The translations under genes and the position numbers were made by a program. DNA of 64,000 nucleotides from Adineta vaga (lineage: Eukaryota; Animalia; Rotifera), in contig CP075495.1 of the NCBI GenBank assembly GCA_021613535.1, forward strand, positions 5,084,001 to 5,148,000, read 5' to 3'. The notes under the pieces are model-generated. The model was given only the letters and a program-made list of their open reading frames with translations, was not told the origin of the DNA and ran no database searches. Below, in pieces: positions 12,053 to 26,745 of the stretch (the first letter of the stretch is position 1; each line of letters opens with the position of its first letter).

Positions 12053-12775
12053 TTAAGTAGCATGAAGTTGTTCATCAGTTAATGTTAATTGTTCTAGATT
12101 CGTTAATTTTTGATCTTCTATTGTTTGTAATATAGTCATGAGAAGTGATTGAGTACGCTCTTTTTCATCACGTAATTCTGGATAATAATCTCGATAATCA
12201 TACGTACGAAATGGTAATTCGTATGTCATTAAACCAAGATCGTAAGCTTTACGTATAGCGACCCGAAGATTTCGTAATTGTGCTTGACATATCGATGTTT
12301 TGAGAACAGGTTCAATTTCACCCGTATGATCATTAACAAATTGTTTTAAAAGTTTTATATTACGATAATCCAATAGCAAATATTCATCTCGACATATTGG
12401 ACATGGATTTCCACGGATATAAAGACCTTCTTCAGCACAAAAATCACGTGTATAATGAGGAAAACGTTGATTTATTCGATTTCGAACATAGTTTTTCCAT
12501 ACAGGTTCTTTACCATAAACAGTCTTATAAGCATCACTTTCCATATAACGAAGAGATGTTTCAATATCTGTTACATTGTACGGTGTACCTCTTAATGAAG
12601 TTTTTGTTTTATTATGTGCTAATTGAGCAGATTGAGCTGTTGGAGTAGCTGGATCAGCAGGTGCTGCTGGAGTAGATGATTTAGCTGCATGATGTATTGA
12701 TGATAACGATAGAAAAGCACGATGTAAACTAATAAAAGATTGAGGTTTGACTAGTGAAAATCGTGAAGATAACAT
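12053..12775 (-). CDS. MRPS18B: Mitochondrial ribosomal protein S18B (mS40)
   Basis: Mitochondrial presequence-like N-terminus; 'SLRYMESDAYKTVYGKEPVWKNY.RN', 'GNPCPICRD', 'LDYRNIKLLKQF', 'AIRKAYDLG'. Confidence 0.92.
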   Translation of the reverse strand: MLSSRFSLVKPQSFISLHRAFLSLSSIHHAAKSSTPAAPADPATPTAQSAQLAHNKTKTSLRGTPYNVTDIETSLRYMESDAYKTVYGKEPVWKNYVRNRINQRFPHYTRDFCAEEGLYIRGNPCPICRDEYLLLDYRNIKLLKQFVNDHTGEIEPVLKTSICQAQLRNLRVAIRKAYDLGLMTYELPFRTYDYRDYYPELRDEKERTQSLLMTILQTIEDQKLTNLEQLTLTDEQLHAT

Positions 12776-15220
12776 CTGAAAAGACAGTAAATAAAAGGAA
12801 ATTATTTTACAGTTTTAGAACTATATGCAAGAGAAGTAATTGTAGAATAATTTTCACGACTCGTTCAGTTCATTTCATTTACAAAATTCGAATTATAATC
12901 ATATTATTTTATCGACACGACAACGACAATCAGTAATGCTCACTTTTGATTGGATGATTCCGATTACCTTTCCGATGTCTATACTGTGATGTCGTTACTG
13001 AAAAGCGGATAATCTTCTTCTTCTTCTTCTTCTCTGTAATTCTTGGTGATTATTTTATTGATACTCTTCCAGTCATAAATTAAACAAAAACAAAGTAGAA
13101 AGCTAAACTGAAACACAAAAAATGTATTTAACAATGATTATTTGTGTTGCACTGTATGTCATAAAGTTGTATACATTATTATGTTTTATTGTCTCTGAAC
13201 AACGTGAGTACAATTAAATATGTTTGAATACTTTTGTTTTCAATTTGTAGCAGAAATACTATTATTATTGTCGAAAATAATAATAGAATGAATATGACAA
13301 AAGAAATAGATCAAGTGTCTAGATGATCAGTCATGCACATTATCAACAATCATTCAATTGAAAGAGATAAAAAAAGACATTTTCTGTCATTATTTTATCA
13401 TTTAGATGATAAATATGATCATTATGGAAAAGAGATTGATTTTAACTCCTAAATGATACAATAAAATTATCATGTTCGATATTGATCGAATCGAATCTAA
13501 TCCAATCCAACTGTTCAGACCATCGTATCGATACTGGTAAGTCAAAATACCATAGATTGTAACATTGATTAAACATCAGTGATAGACGTATACAATATTT
13601 AACTCACCTACCTGTACTCATATACAATTGATTATAGTTAATATTCTAATCGTATGAAATATTTGATTAAATACTACATTGTTTGCTTTTTTAATTTCGA
13701 CAAATGAACATTTGTAAGAATTAAAACGTTTTTGTTTAATGTAAGTATGATCGTGAACTGTCTATTTTCTTTTGTGGATAAAGACGTAATAGTGATATTA
13801 GATAACGATATGATAGATAGGTGCGTTGCGCTAGCATCCGTAACTGATTTCTAACTTAATTGCTTCAGTTGACGAGGACACACGTATTTTTTTGTACGCA
13901 ACGAAAGAATGAATTGATAGGTGTATGCTAGTGTGTGATCAATGGAATGATCGGTTCTGTATGAAATAAAACGATTATGTAGTCACTAAAAAAAGGTATA
14001 CGTAATGATTATAGGTTATACATACACGTTCCTATACTAGAAAGAAGATCAGATGTTCACAATTTAAGAAGACAATTTGTGTTGAGAATATAGCTATATA
14101 ACCTTGAATATCTTGCAATTATGACTGTGTAGTTTTAATCAAAATTTTATGATGGAATATAAATATATACCAAAATTGGACAAAATATCGATGATTTCTA
14201 CGCTTTTACAAACACTTGAAAACTACGTAGGAAGCTCGAAAAGGTATCATTACACAAGCAAGAGTTGAATATGTAAAGGACGCTTCTTACGATTTCTTTT
14301 CTTCTCATAACGAAAGAATAACTTCGTTCATTTATTGCAAATTCAGTTTTTCATCTCTTAACATAGGTATATTTAACTACTTGATTCTTAAACTAGATAA
14401 CTATCGACAAAATAGAACAGCTCTCACGAATCTCTTATTCAAAGCACGATTCCAAATACTTGTTTTTCGAAAGTGTTAAGCTCATAAAAGCTTGATATTC
14501 ACATTTAATGCTAGATACGAATGATTTGTAATCTTGATATATTTACTATTGCTAATCATTCTTCGCAAGTAACTTATTAACAATTCGTGCTATGATGATA
14601 ATATATAGGTATTTATTTGCATTTAATCGGATAGAATCGTTTTAATTTAATCCAGATGATACTGAAAATAAAATGAAAGTTCTGTTCAAATAGTCGAAGA
14701 AAAAGGGAATCATAACAATAATAATTTGATAGAAACATTGTTGTTCGTACATAATTTGATCATATTGAAAAAATATACAGAATATATGAACTCTATGATG
14801 ATCAAAAAGCAATGAATCGGTCGTTTCTATATCATTATACATCAATTAGTTTTCGCATCGGATGGGTAGTTACACACCATTATGCTATGTTGAAAGACTC
14901 ACCTCATGAGATCTCACCATATTTTGCATGTATACATAGCGCTCATTTCTGATTGGTTGCTTTAAAATACCCTTTTTAATGGATGTTTTGTCGTGTCGTC
15001 GTTGAGGGATGGTTTTCTTTTTTTTTCGTTCTGATATACATATTCTGTCTTATTTTTTTTCTCTTATTCAATGTATTGATGTTCTTTTCTTCATTCAAAT
15101 AGATTTTCTATTTGTTTGTTATTTTAGTTAATCATAATTCTATTGACAACGTATGCGTATTTATAGATGAGAGTTGGTACATTCAAGTGACTGATTTTTT
15201 TTTCTTAAAATTTATTGTAG

Positions 15221-18200
15221 ATGAGGCTGTGCAATGCTTTGATTCACTATTTTTTATTTCTCTTTCTCTCTCTATCTATTTCCCAATGTTACGGTAATGA
15301 ACATCATAATCATGCCGATCCAGTGACAACAAAATATTCACAATCAGCTGCTAGTATCGACCCTCTAAATAACGATATAGGTGAGTTTTATTTCATTTTT
15401 TCTTACTATTTGTTTTATACATTTCATCCATCTATATAACTGTATTTATTCTTCTACGTTAGATACTACGAATGTTCATAAACATAATGATGACGACCAT
15501 CATCACCTTCATGATACAATCGAAGCGCGTCTCAAAGCAAAACACAATTTGAGACAATCCGTTCATCAACACGGTGATGACGATAAACATGAAAATGAAG
15601 AAGACTGTAGGAACATTGTTTTCCCATTTTTGCAAAATAAAAATAAAAACTTTTTCCTTATCTTTCATACAGATATCAATCGATTAAATTCAGCATTAGA
15701 AGATAATTATAACCATGAACATCAATTTCAATATGTTGCCCCACCTGTTGTAGAAATTGTTAACAATACAAAATTAAAAAATCAAACAAACGAAAATATT
15801 GAAAAATCATCACAAATACAAAACGATACGACACCATCTCTTTCTACATCTATACAAACACCAACAGAAGAGAAACAATCTACCACCGATGAATTAACAT
15901 CAACTGAAGATTCAAAAACAATTGATAATCAAAAATACATTCAAAATTTAGATGAAAACACCGATTCAAAAATAAGTCTTGAAAAAACTCTACCACCATT
16001 AGAATTAAAAACTAACCAACAACAAAATATTATACAAGAAGATTTATTATTTATTCATAAAGAAACATTATCATCCACACAATCTTATCGAGACGAAGAC
16101 ACATTTGATACATTGAAATCTACTACTGTTTCTACTCCATCTATTGTAGTACAACAACCACCACCAATATCCGATACAGTTCGAGATGAAACACCATTAG
16201 ATAATAATAGTTCACTTGATATTAAATCGTCGACTCCAACACAGTTACAAGCAGAAGATGTCGTATCTGAAAAAGTACAAAATATCAGTGCATTCGATTC
16301 GAAACAACAAACGTCTGACGAAATACCTAGTAGTCATTCCACACATCTGAATTCAACAGTAGAACAAGCGTCCGATGTTATACAAAACATAAGTTCATCA
16401 GATCAAAATACAACATCAATTACTCCTATAAAATCGACTGAAGAACAGCAAAAACAGGATGATTTAGTACAAGATACTAATTCAGAACAGCAACCACGAA
16501 ATACGAATTCTGTAACTCAAGATACATTACTATCCCAACATATCAACAGAAAATCAGAAGATACTTTATCAATACAAAAGGAATCCCCTACTCCTGTTCA
16601 ATCATCAACTCCACCGACACCACCAAGAATCTTGCGTTCGCAAACAGCAAAACTTCAAAAAAAAGTACAAAATCGTCATAATCATGTTCATGGTCATGAT
16701 CATGATCACAGTCATAACCACGGTCATGATCATAGTCATAATCACAATCATGTAGACCAAAAATCAATCAAAACTGAACAAGAACCAGTATCAGAAACAA
16801 TTGCAACGGCAACAACAACAACAACAACAACAGGTAACACTTATTTACTCGATGTTTTCAGTTTCTTCATATTTTTCTTTCTAGAAAAAACAACTATTCA
16901 GTCCACCTTATCATCAACTGAGATATCCGTTTCTGAACAACCCATTGAATCATCATCATTGAAACCTCATCTCGAAACTACTGACCAACCCTCAATTAAT
17001 CTTTCAACCGACGATGAAACTAAAGGACAACTCAATAATATATCAGAAACACAAATCATAAATGATACTGACACACAAGCAAAACATATTACAGAATCAC
17101 CAATTAACAATGTAGTTGAAACTCAATTGAATAATGAAATACAAATCGATAATATAACTGACATTCAAGATCATGATCAAAGTTTAGAACCATTGGACAT
17201 GACTGATTTACCTCGTCAAGTACATGTTCATGATCCAAATGCTATTTTCAATGAATTAAAAGAAGAATCACATAAAAATGATCATCTTTCACAAGATCAA
17301 GAAATGGAAAATAATAGCACGGCTTCATCATTTCTAACAAATGATCATAGTCCACATTTACCTCGTATTCTCGAAAATGAAGAAATTTCAACTACTATTG
17401 CTCCAACGATTGAAGCGACGACTTCAATTCATACACATTCGAATTCCAATGTAAGATTATATTACAATAATTATTTTTTTGAATTATCGATTCTTTGTTT
17501 TTTTTTGCATCTTGCTTTAGATCGAAGATACACAGAATTCTGTAATGTCAAAATCGAATAATACTGATTCTATATTACCAATCGAATTTCGTCAAGTTTG
17601 TTGGCATTTACCGAAATCATTAGAGCCCGGTTTTATATTGATTGAAAATCAAGCATTCCGTTTCGTTAATCTGGTAAAATAACTTTAGTTTCCATAGAAT
17701 ATTTTTCAAATTACACTCTTTTTACATTTAGTTACCGGAATATATTCAAGCAATATTTATTGGTCCAACAGCTGATCGCGAAAAACTAATGAATACAATA
17801 TGGTTTGGCTCAATAAGTTCAATGTGTTTTTTCTTTAGTTTTATTTTTCTTTCCATGGGTGCTAAACGTTTAAAACAAAGTAAAGATGTTAAAGAAATTC
17901 GTGCTCGTTGTCAACAATTACAACAATACAACAATCAATTAGAACTTGAACGTGCAACATTTGAAAAACAAAATCAAAAGTATGATTTCTAATGAATAGA
18001 TCATTGATTTGTTTATTCTTCTTTTTTTGTATATGTAGATTATCAGATGAAGTTGATGAACTGAAAAATCTTCCTATACGTGATACAGATGAAGAAATAT
18101 TTGATTTACGTGAAAAATATGAACATTTATATGCTGAATGGCAACATTCACGAGCAGACTATGATGCTGCTTTGAAAGATATTGATTATAAACAAAGTCT

Positions 18201-20631
18201 AATACAAAAACATGATTTTGAGATGCAAAAACAAGTGGAAAGAGTGGCATATTTAGATGATGAAGTAAGAAAATGTTTGATATTATTGAGTTAGTCTAAT
18301 ATATGCAAATAACGAAAATAATAGAATATAACAATGGAGAAACCATCTGTTTCCACTGAAGTTACATAGAGTTTCGGCATTATGTATTCATATATTCTAC
18401 AGATGTTTCAGTAGATTCCATTAAACTTAGATAAAATTCTTTCCTTGAACTTTATCTCATAATAAAGCTTAAATTACCTTGAATATATATATGATTCATT
18501 GTCATAGAGAAAATTTATTTAAGACATGCATCGTTGATTCTCATGCATAAAATCATTCATACAATTTTCCAATCAAAATAGGTATGACTTTCAATATAAA
18601 TGACATGATGTAGACCAATCTTATCTACTCTCAATTTCAAGGTGAAAATATCCCTTTAATTAGTGAAGTTTTTCTCTATTTTCCGCATTATAACTAATGA
18701 GAAAAAGACGATTTATTTTAATGAAGTTGTACATAATGTTCAATAATTTAGATTCTTCGTCAAAAACAAGAATTAGAAAAAGATCGAGAAACAATCGCTC
18801 GATTACAATCAAATGATCTTTCATTGGAACGTTTCGAAACATTACAGCAAACCATACAGGATCTTAAAGCAGAAATATCACAATTAAAACAAGACAAATT
18901 TGCCCAACTAGATGAATTACAATCAGTTCAAGAGCAAACGAAACAATTAGATCTTGATAACAATCAATTAACTATTAAAATGAAACAACTTAAAGATTTA
19001 CTTCAACAAAGAGATGAAACTATCAAGAATATGCGTAATAAAGTGCGCAATAATCAGAGGGAAGATGCGAACAACAACAATGACAGTGACAATGATGTTG
19101 ATGACGATGATGATGATGATGACGGCGAAGAGAAAACAAAAAGTAATATTTCATTAGCATGAAATTATATCGAAGGTTGTTTTGTTATTATTTGAAATAG
19201 GTGGACCAAATTCTGAACAGAATCAAAAAGAACTTCTATCAAAAATTGATGATGATGTTGAAAAAGCAAATCAGCATCTTCGTGATCTTCATTCCGAAGT
19301 TGAAGAAAAGACGCGTCGTATTAAAGACCTTGATTCGTTACTTAATCAAGAACGAGATCGTTGTCGAGAACTTGAAACTAAACTTAAAGTTGTTCTGGAA
19401 TTAAGAGAACGAGATGCTCATTTACATATTCGTCAACTTGGACAAACAGATGCTGAACTTCGAAAAGCAAGAACGGATACTGAACGTGTTCGTATTTTAC
19501 AACAACAACTACATCTCAAAGAGTAAGTATATGTTTTTCTTTTTGATATACTTTATCATTATCTTTTAAAACTGTGTAGACAACAATTAGAAGATGTACA
19601 AAAAGTATTGAATAGTGAGCAGACGAAATTCAGTGAAGAATGTAGTAAATTACAACATGAAATACATGAAAAATGGATGGAAGTTAAGAAATTAACACGA
19701 GAACTGGATGGAGCGAAAAAAGAATGTGAAAGTCTTCGACGACAGTATGTATTTCTTTTCTCTCGTAAATGTTTTTTGTTATTGATTAAAATCATTTAAA
19801 TTTAGAATCAGTAAATATGGAAGCAGTGAGCGTTCATCACAAGAAAAGACTATGCATAAACCAGTGCCACAACACATGAACACTAGTGCTGGTAATTGTT
19901 TATAATATACTGAAAGGATATTATATATGTATTCTAGGTCGAGTATCAAGTGAACCAGAAACAAATGGAAATTCTCCACCACCACCAATTCCTTATCAAC
20001 AAGGAGACAAGTATGATATTAATTTGATCTTTACTTCAAAGTAAAAGTTTGTTGTTTATTAGTTTTAGACCCATTGATCATGAACGTAATGATTCAGGTG
20101 CTGCAAGTCCATCTGAAATGTTTAGAATGCGTAAGATTCATTGATTTGATTATTTTTTATACAAACTGATTTTTTTTCTTCTGTTTAGGTCCACCACTAT
20201 TCGGTTTACCTCGTCCACCATTCTATCCACCACCATTTCTGCCTCCACACCCACATAATCCATTCATGATGGGAGCACGATTTCCTATGCCAGTTGGAGG
20301 TCCACTTGGTGTAATTTCACCCATTCCACATTTAATGACAAATGGTAGTGGTGGTAGTGATGCTAATAGTTTTGAAATAGTTGATTCTGCTAATATTACT
20401 CCAAATTCTATCAGTTATGACCCACAACTTAATGGATCCGCTGTATCACCAACGCCTGATGGTAAGACATATTTTATAGAGAAACATTTTCGATTAAATA
20501 AGAATTTTTCTTCTTTCAAAGGCGAACAACAAGCAACGACAAAAGTGAAAAAACCAAAGAAATCTCTGAAAAAGAAATCTAAAACCTCGAATTCAACAGT
20601 AGTAGCATCAGCTGCGAAAGAGGACGTATGA
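15221..20631 (+). CDS. TANGO1/cTAGE5 (MIA3/MIA2)-like ER exit-site protein; multi-exon
   Basis: Signal peptide (MRLCNALIHYFLFLFLSLSISQCYG), long low-complexity lumenal region, TM at ~17795-17860, two long coiled-coil blocks ('LQHEIHEKWM...RELD..KKECESLRRQ' resembles the 'AHENW..R.L..A..E...LRQ' segment) and a Pro-rich tail (PRPPFYPPPFLPPHP). Confidence 0.7.
16676..16752 (+). repeat. His-rich coding repeat (HNHVHGHDHDHSHNHGHDHSHNHNH)
   Basis: Alternating-His tract including a direct repeat of the HGHDH/HSHNH unit, inside the TANGO1-like lumenal region. Confidence 0.85.
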
Positions 20632-21465
20632 CGCTACTAAAATTTTTGTTGTTTGTTTTTCCCTTCGGACACTGTTTTATGATACTTGAACGTTTGTCAT
20701 CTTCTCTCTCTCTCTCTATTCAAGGTTTTTTTGTTTGTTGAACATAATTGTTATTTATATTTGCCGTATTTCTTTTTTTCTCACTTGAGGTTTTACATGC
20801 CTATAGAGAGGAAGGATAACAAATCATTCTTCTTATTATTTGTGTTTGTGTATGTGTGTTAATCTAAAGAAGAAAAAATGCGACAAGAGATAGACAATCT
20901 ATTCTTTTTCTCGTATGTATGTGTGTGTGTATTTATTCAATTCTTTCAAACATGTGTACACCTCTCTTCATATTTTTAGCTGTTGTTGTTATTGTTACTG
21001 TGAAACGTGAATACTGTTATTTTGTTGTTGATGTTACTCACCAATGGTGAGTGTACTCTTGTCTTAACAGTCAATATTTTTTTCTTTGTCTTCTCTCTCT
21101 GTCTCTCTATCTCTCTCTTCTTTCGCTCGATTGCTCACGTGCACACTTATAGAGGAATAATATACTGACAAAAAAAGAAAATTAGTAAAGTAGTTCAATC
21201 TTTTCAGACTATAATTATTAGAATAACAAAGATGGTGCTCTTGTGCAACAGAACTTTATTTTAAATAGAATATATTCAAATCTATCCTACGTCAGCAAAT
21301 ATGTAAATCGATGTTTATATTCTTTTGAAGTCTCTTCATAATGAATACATTCGTTTTACATAAAATACTATTATTCAAATTCGTTATCGATATCCTGTGC
21401 AACAGATACTATTGAAGTCTATTTCAATGATATCCTGGATTAAAAACTTCTGTTTGAATTTGTTT

Positions 21466-23695
21466 TCAATTTTTATTCAATTTCTTTGCACTCAAATTAC
21501 GTGTAATAAGTTTAAATATTTCTGGTGATTTCGATCTGTTTTCAGTAGCAGTTACTGAACGAGATCGAACTGCCGAAGGAAGAACAGTAAGATAATCATT
21601 AATATCCTTTAAATTTGGATTTGAACGTCGAATAGTGGCATTAAGTAATATTGGTTCATTGTTAGTTGGTTCTTTAACACGTGGTTTACGTATCGATGCC
21701 GCTTCTGTGTCAGTCATAAAAGTAGTTAATGTTGGTGATGGAACATTAAGTGTTCTTCCTCGAAAAATAGTTTTTGTTGTAGTTAAATCAATATTTCTAG
21801 CATGATCTCTCTTGTAAACAGCTTTTACTTGAGTTTTAATTTCATCAATACCACCCAGCAATGGACAATCTGCATCAGCATCTCCTAACCATGCTGCAAC
21901 AGAAAATCCTTCACTTGCTGAACCACAATTCATAAAATGACATTTCGCACCTAACGTTTGATTCAAACCACGAATAATCGCTTGATATGATTTATCATTC
22001 TTTTTCGGACTTGTATCAATTCCATCAGAAAATATATAAAGATCAACATATAAATATGGTTGTCGCTCAAACATTTCATAGATTTCTTTCAAAACTGTAT
22101 AAAAATGTGTCGGTACTGATCGTGGACTTAATTCAATAGCATCGATTCGATTTAGATTTGTTACATCAGCAATATCAGTTGCATTACATATAGGAATAAC
22201 GGCAGGTTTTTTCAATTTATTATCAAATGTCGTTAGAATTGCTTGATCTAATGGACCTGCAGCTGAAGCAATTTCTTTGAGCAATTGTTTGATTGCTTCT
22301 TTCGTTTGAATAATACGTGGTAAAGTAGATTTCTTATCTACAGTGATCGTTTTCAAAAGATTAAAAGTCATTGATGAGGTAATGTCAACGAGAATATAAG
22401 TTAAACGTGTCCCATTGAAATTTTGACGAAATAAAGTAACTGCTCGCCAATCAAATCGATAATCATCACATGTTTTTGAACATTTTGGACATTGAAATTC
22501 AGATATGCGTGTATCTTCCTTTTTCATTTCAGCTTCGGAATGTTTTTGTTGATCAGAATACGAAACAACTTCATTCAATGCACTTTGGGTAATTGGACAA
22601 AAACAAGAAAGAATGTAGAAACTTCGTTCTAGAACAAAAGAAAAATGCACACGAATATTCAAATCAATCAATTGCTCAATCTAACCTGCAGGATTTTGTA
22701 GTGCAGCCGAATTTGCACGAGGTGAAGTAAATAGATCATTTGTATAATACTACGGATAGAAGACGAATAGATTTATATGAAATATGATTGTTATACATAC
22801 ATCTGGTTTTGGTAAAAGTGGTACGACACAATCTGGTACCCACATTGAACTGGTTGAATGCGATGATATAGGTTTAGTGTTTGACCAAAGTATAGTTATG
22901 GTTGTTATTGATGAAGTGTTCGCTTGAATATCCAATGGAGAAAATATTCGATCGAGTCGTTTTCGAAGGTCTTCATTACCACCAGGTACTTTTGGATAAA
23001 CCGAACGAATTCGCATATTGATAATGTTGGACAGACTATGTAAGGCAAGTGTTAATACGGCGTTGGGACTTGTCATCTGAAAACAAGAACAGAAAGATAT
23101 TGTTAAATATTATCATTTGAAAACCAAACAAAAATATAATACGAACTGCTTGATTTTCTCGAAGTTGTTCTAAAACAAAATGTCGCCATGTTTCACCCCA
23201 TTGTAGACAAGAATGTAGATCAGGATCTACTGCATGATATAGTTCTGCATTCAGTACCATGTCAATAATATTTCGTACTCTTAATTCTCTTGCACCATCA
23301 TCAGTATCTAATCGACAAAGAAGTGCAATCGTATTATACAAACAACTACTATTGGATAATTCAGTTTTAACTGGATGATTTTTTTGCAGAATATTATTGT
23401 CTTCCGATATAACATAGTTTCGAAGATATTGAAGAGCTGTACGATCTGTATCATGCTCATCAACGTCAAATGTTGAAAAAGGTGTAATAAATAAAGGATA
23501 AGTTTTCATAATTGAATTGAATTGAACACATTTATCTTTTATTGCATCAAATCCCTTACGAGTTGTGTAAATGTCTAGTAAAGTATGTAATATTTTCGAA
23601 AATAAATTGGATCGATTGAGAGTTTTACAAGTAGTGCATAGAATAGTATTAACATCTTTTGAATAAGTTTTATCATTACAAAGTTGACACTTCAT
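21466..23695 (-). CDS. Multidomain protein: N-terminal CxxC..CxxC, vertnin/OTU-like domain, degenerate U-box/RING-like segment and vWA domain; 4 exons
   Basis: OTU/vertnin-like motifs 'SSCLYNTIALL', 'ELRVRNIIDMVLN..LY', 'LHSLSNIINMRIRSVYP', 'ITILWS', 'PDCVVPLL'; then 'FCPITQSAL...H......CPKC'; vWA 'YILVDITSSM' and 'YIFSDG'. In-frame introns near 23078-23146, 22750-22799 and 22629-22685. Confidence 0.7.
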
Positions 23696-25276
23696 TGTTA
23701 TTGTAATGTGTTTCGTATTAGTTGTTATTTTATAGTGAAAATTTTTTATGAAAAATATATGAGTCAAATAATATCGTCCTATGATAAAAATCTTGTAATG
23801 TTCTTATCAAACGAAAAAGATTCAACAGATTTTATTATTCATAATGACTAAGTTTTGTTTAATAATATTTATGTCTTTTGACGACAACAGAAAGTAGACA
23901 CCTGGTTGGCTAAAACATGAAAGTTCTATATAAATAGAGAAAGATAGATAAAGATGAAATCTATCTCGGCAAGTATTTGTTTCAAATACATCTATCTATC
24001 TGTCAAACGTGAATGCTGAAAGGAAAGATTGTTGAATAGGTGTGATATTTTTTGTACAATCGAAAATAAGTGTTGAATCAATACTGATTAACAATTATAT
24101 TCATGATATATTGTTTGGTGATCATTGGATTAAATATGCTCTTTGTATATGATCCTTAAACCTGTTAAATCCAGTTAATAAATGCTAAGAATAAAAATGG
24201 CGAAAAATAATTTTCAAATACCAATTCTTATCTTAAGTGTATAAAAACCAGAGTGAGAGAGAAAAGATTAACATTTTGCTATGGACGAGAAAAACGCAAC
24301 ATGTCCTTATATAATCATCATATAATTCTTGAACGTAGGATTTTTTATACAAAAATAGCTTCCTTACTTCTTCAATTTATTCGCTCGTCTGAAATCAAGT
24401 CAGTATACGTGCTGTCAAATTCATTTCGCCTGCTTACATTTCATTATTTGTAGTATGGGATTTTAAGATAATAGAACCGTCACTTAAATCCATTTCTCCA
24501 ATGGTGAATATATGAGAACGAAAAAATCTTATAGACATGTTCTTTTTCATTCCTTATCGAGCGAATGCCAGTATATTCATTCCATTTTATTCTCCTCCGT
24601 TGAAACATTCACAGCGTGATTGATTTCGTCGTCACACTTGTATAATCCAGTCGTAATGTACATTTATTATTTTACTTCAATAGAGAAACAACAGCTTTTC
24701 ATCAGATGTAATAGTCTATCGAATAAAATCAACGAAAAATTCTTTCTAGTTCAAATGAAAAATTTTTGTACGCATTGTCACGAATCGATGAATCACGTGT
24801 TTTACACTCCACTTATTGTATAATTTCATGGACAGAAAAAAAATCAAGGTAAACTACTATTGGATTATACATTTTTTACGAACAGAATCGTCATTCATTT
24901 ATCATAGGGTTCTCAAAACATAGGACTGTACTGTTTATTTGTATTCGATAATTTAATAAACAAATAAATAAAGAAATAACTAAAATACTCATTTTTAATT
25001 AATAGTGATCAACATTAGATAGTTAGTCATGCAAATGACTGGATATTTTTTATATACAATCTAAAGAAATTTTTGAGAATACGAGCACGTATATTATTAT
25101 AGATAAAATTTTCCTATGAAACATATACGTATGTAGGGAGTATTTCACTTTGTTTTTGTCTACTTCTCTAATCCATAGATGTCACGGAGATCAACTATGT
25201 TTGAACATATAATGTCTATATAACTAGATATCTGTCATTGAATTACTATTTGAAATATTCAAATAGTTTATTTCAG

Positions 25277-26745
25277 ATGTTTGTTACTGCACCATTAGCA
25301 AGTATTACGGTCACCTTAGTTCTTTATCTTTTACAAGGTGTCATTCTTGGTTTATCTACTTCAATTCCTATTTATTTGAAAACGGCTGGTTCTACTTGGA
25401 AACAACAAGGTGATTATAGTTTCGCTCATTATCCATTCAGTTTGAAACTACTTTGGGCACCAATAATTGATGTTTTCTATATACAACGTCTTGGACGTCG
25501 ACAAACATGGCTATTACCAATTCAAATATGTCTTGGTCTTGCTTTGATTGTTCTTTCATTTTATATTGATACACTTATTAACAATTTACATGTTATTCCA
25601 TTAACAATCTTGGTTTTTATTGTTCTCTTCTTTACAGCTAGTCAAGATATATGCGTTGATGGTTGGGCGTTAACACTATTTGCTTCAACGAATGTTATTT
25701 GGCAATCGACATCACAGACTATCGGACAAACTTTTGGACGTTTTCTTGGTTCTTCATTTCTACTAACATTTGAATCAGCTAATTTTACCAATGAATATAT
25801 TCGTCAACCATTATCAATCTCTACAAAAGATACCGGATTATTTACCTTGGCACAATTTGTTCGTTTTTGGGGTATTGCTTTTCTTGTTGTTACTTGTCTC
25901 ATAGCGATTGTCTTTCGACAACGACCATCGAATCAAGATAATGTGGAAAAAAAATTGAAACTACTAGAAATATATTTATCTATTTTCAAAATTTTAAAAA
26001 AGCGATGTATGCTTGAATTGGTATTTATACTTTTGGTTTCTCCTTTCGGCTATGCAGCAACTTATTTTCTGACTAATCTTGCTTTAGTCAAGTAAGAAAC
26101 TCTAGTTTTTCTCAATACTATGTTCAAAGAAAATCATGTTCCTCATATTATAGTAATGGTATGTCTCGTGAAACTCTCGGTCTTATTACAATGCCTATCA
26201 TACTAGTGAAAATTCTTGTACCACTAATTCTTTCTCAAACACATCGACCATTGATATGGTTTGCACGATTATATCCTCCACGATTAATAATCAGTATTCT
26301 AATTGGTGTCTATGTTTTCTTTACACCTCAACTAATTAAGTATCCTCATGTTTTTTATTCAGTCTTAATTACTTTGTTCGTTATTAATGAAACAATTATT
26401 TATTTACAACTTGTCGCTCGAGTTGGTTTCTATGCACAAGTTAGTGAATTACGCATAGGTGGAACATATATGACATTAGTAAGCACACTTGGAAATATCG
26501 GACAAACAGTATCAAATAGTGCTGCTACATATGTAGCAGATTGGTTACCTAAACAACATGCATATTCTATTGAAGTTATTGGCTGTACAATGATTGGTAT
26601 TATCTTTTTATTAATAACTTGGCGTATGATGCATCGATTACAAACACTTCCAATTCATAAATGGCATTTGATAAAAGAAAATGATAAACCAACTGAAACG
26701 AATGCGCAAGAATTATTAACAACAGGAGAGATAGATAAAAAATGA
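25277..26745 (+). CDS. SLC33A1: Acetyl-CoA transporter 1 (SLC33A1/ACATN, MFS); one intron ~26092-26153
   Basis: 'LYLLQGVILGL', 'YPFSLKLLWAPIID', 'GRRQTWLLPIQ', 'ASQDICVDGWALT', 'IGGTYMTL..TLGNIG'. Confidence 0.9.

Noticed and set aside
12800-15200. Possible hidden gene between MRPS18B and the TANGO1-like gene
   Set aside because: No convincing coding exon chain; only short degenerate repeats (atcgaatcgaatctaatccaatccaa ~13485-13510).
15381-17561. 726-aa ORF as a standalone gene
   Set aside because: It reads through in-frame introns (Phe/Ile-rich stretches) and is part of the larger TANGO1-like gene starting at 15221.
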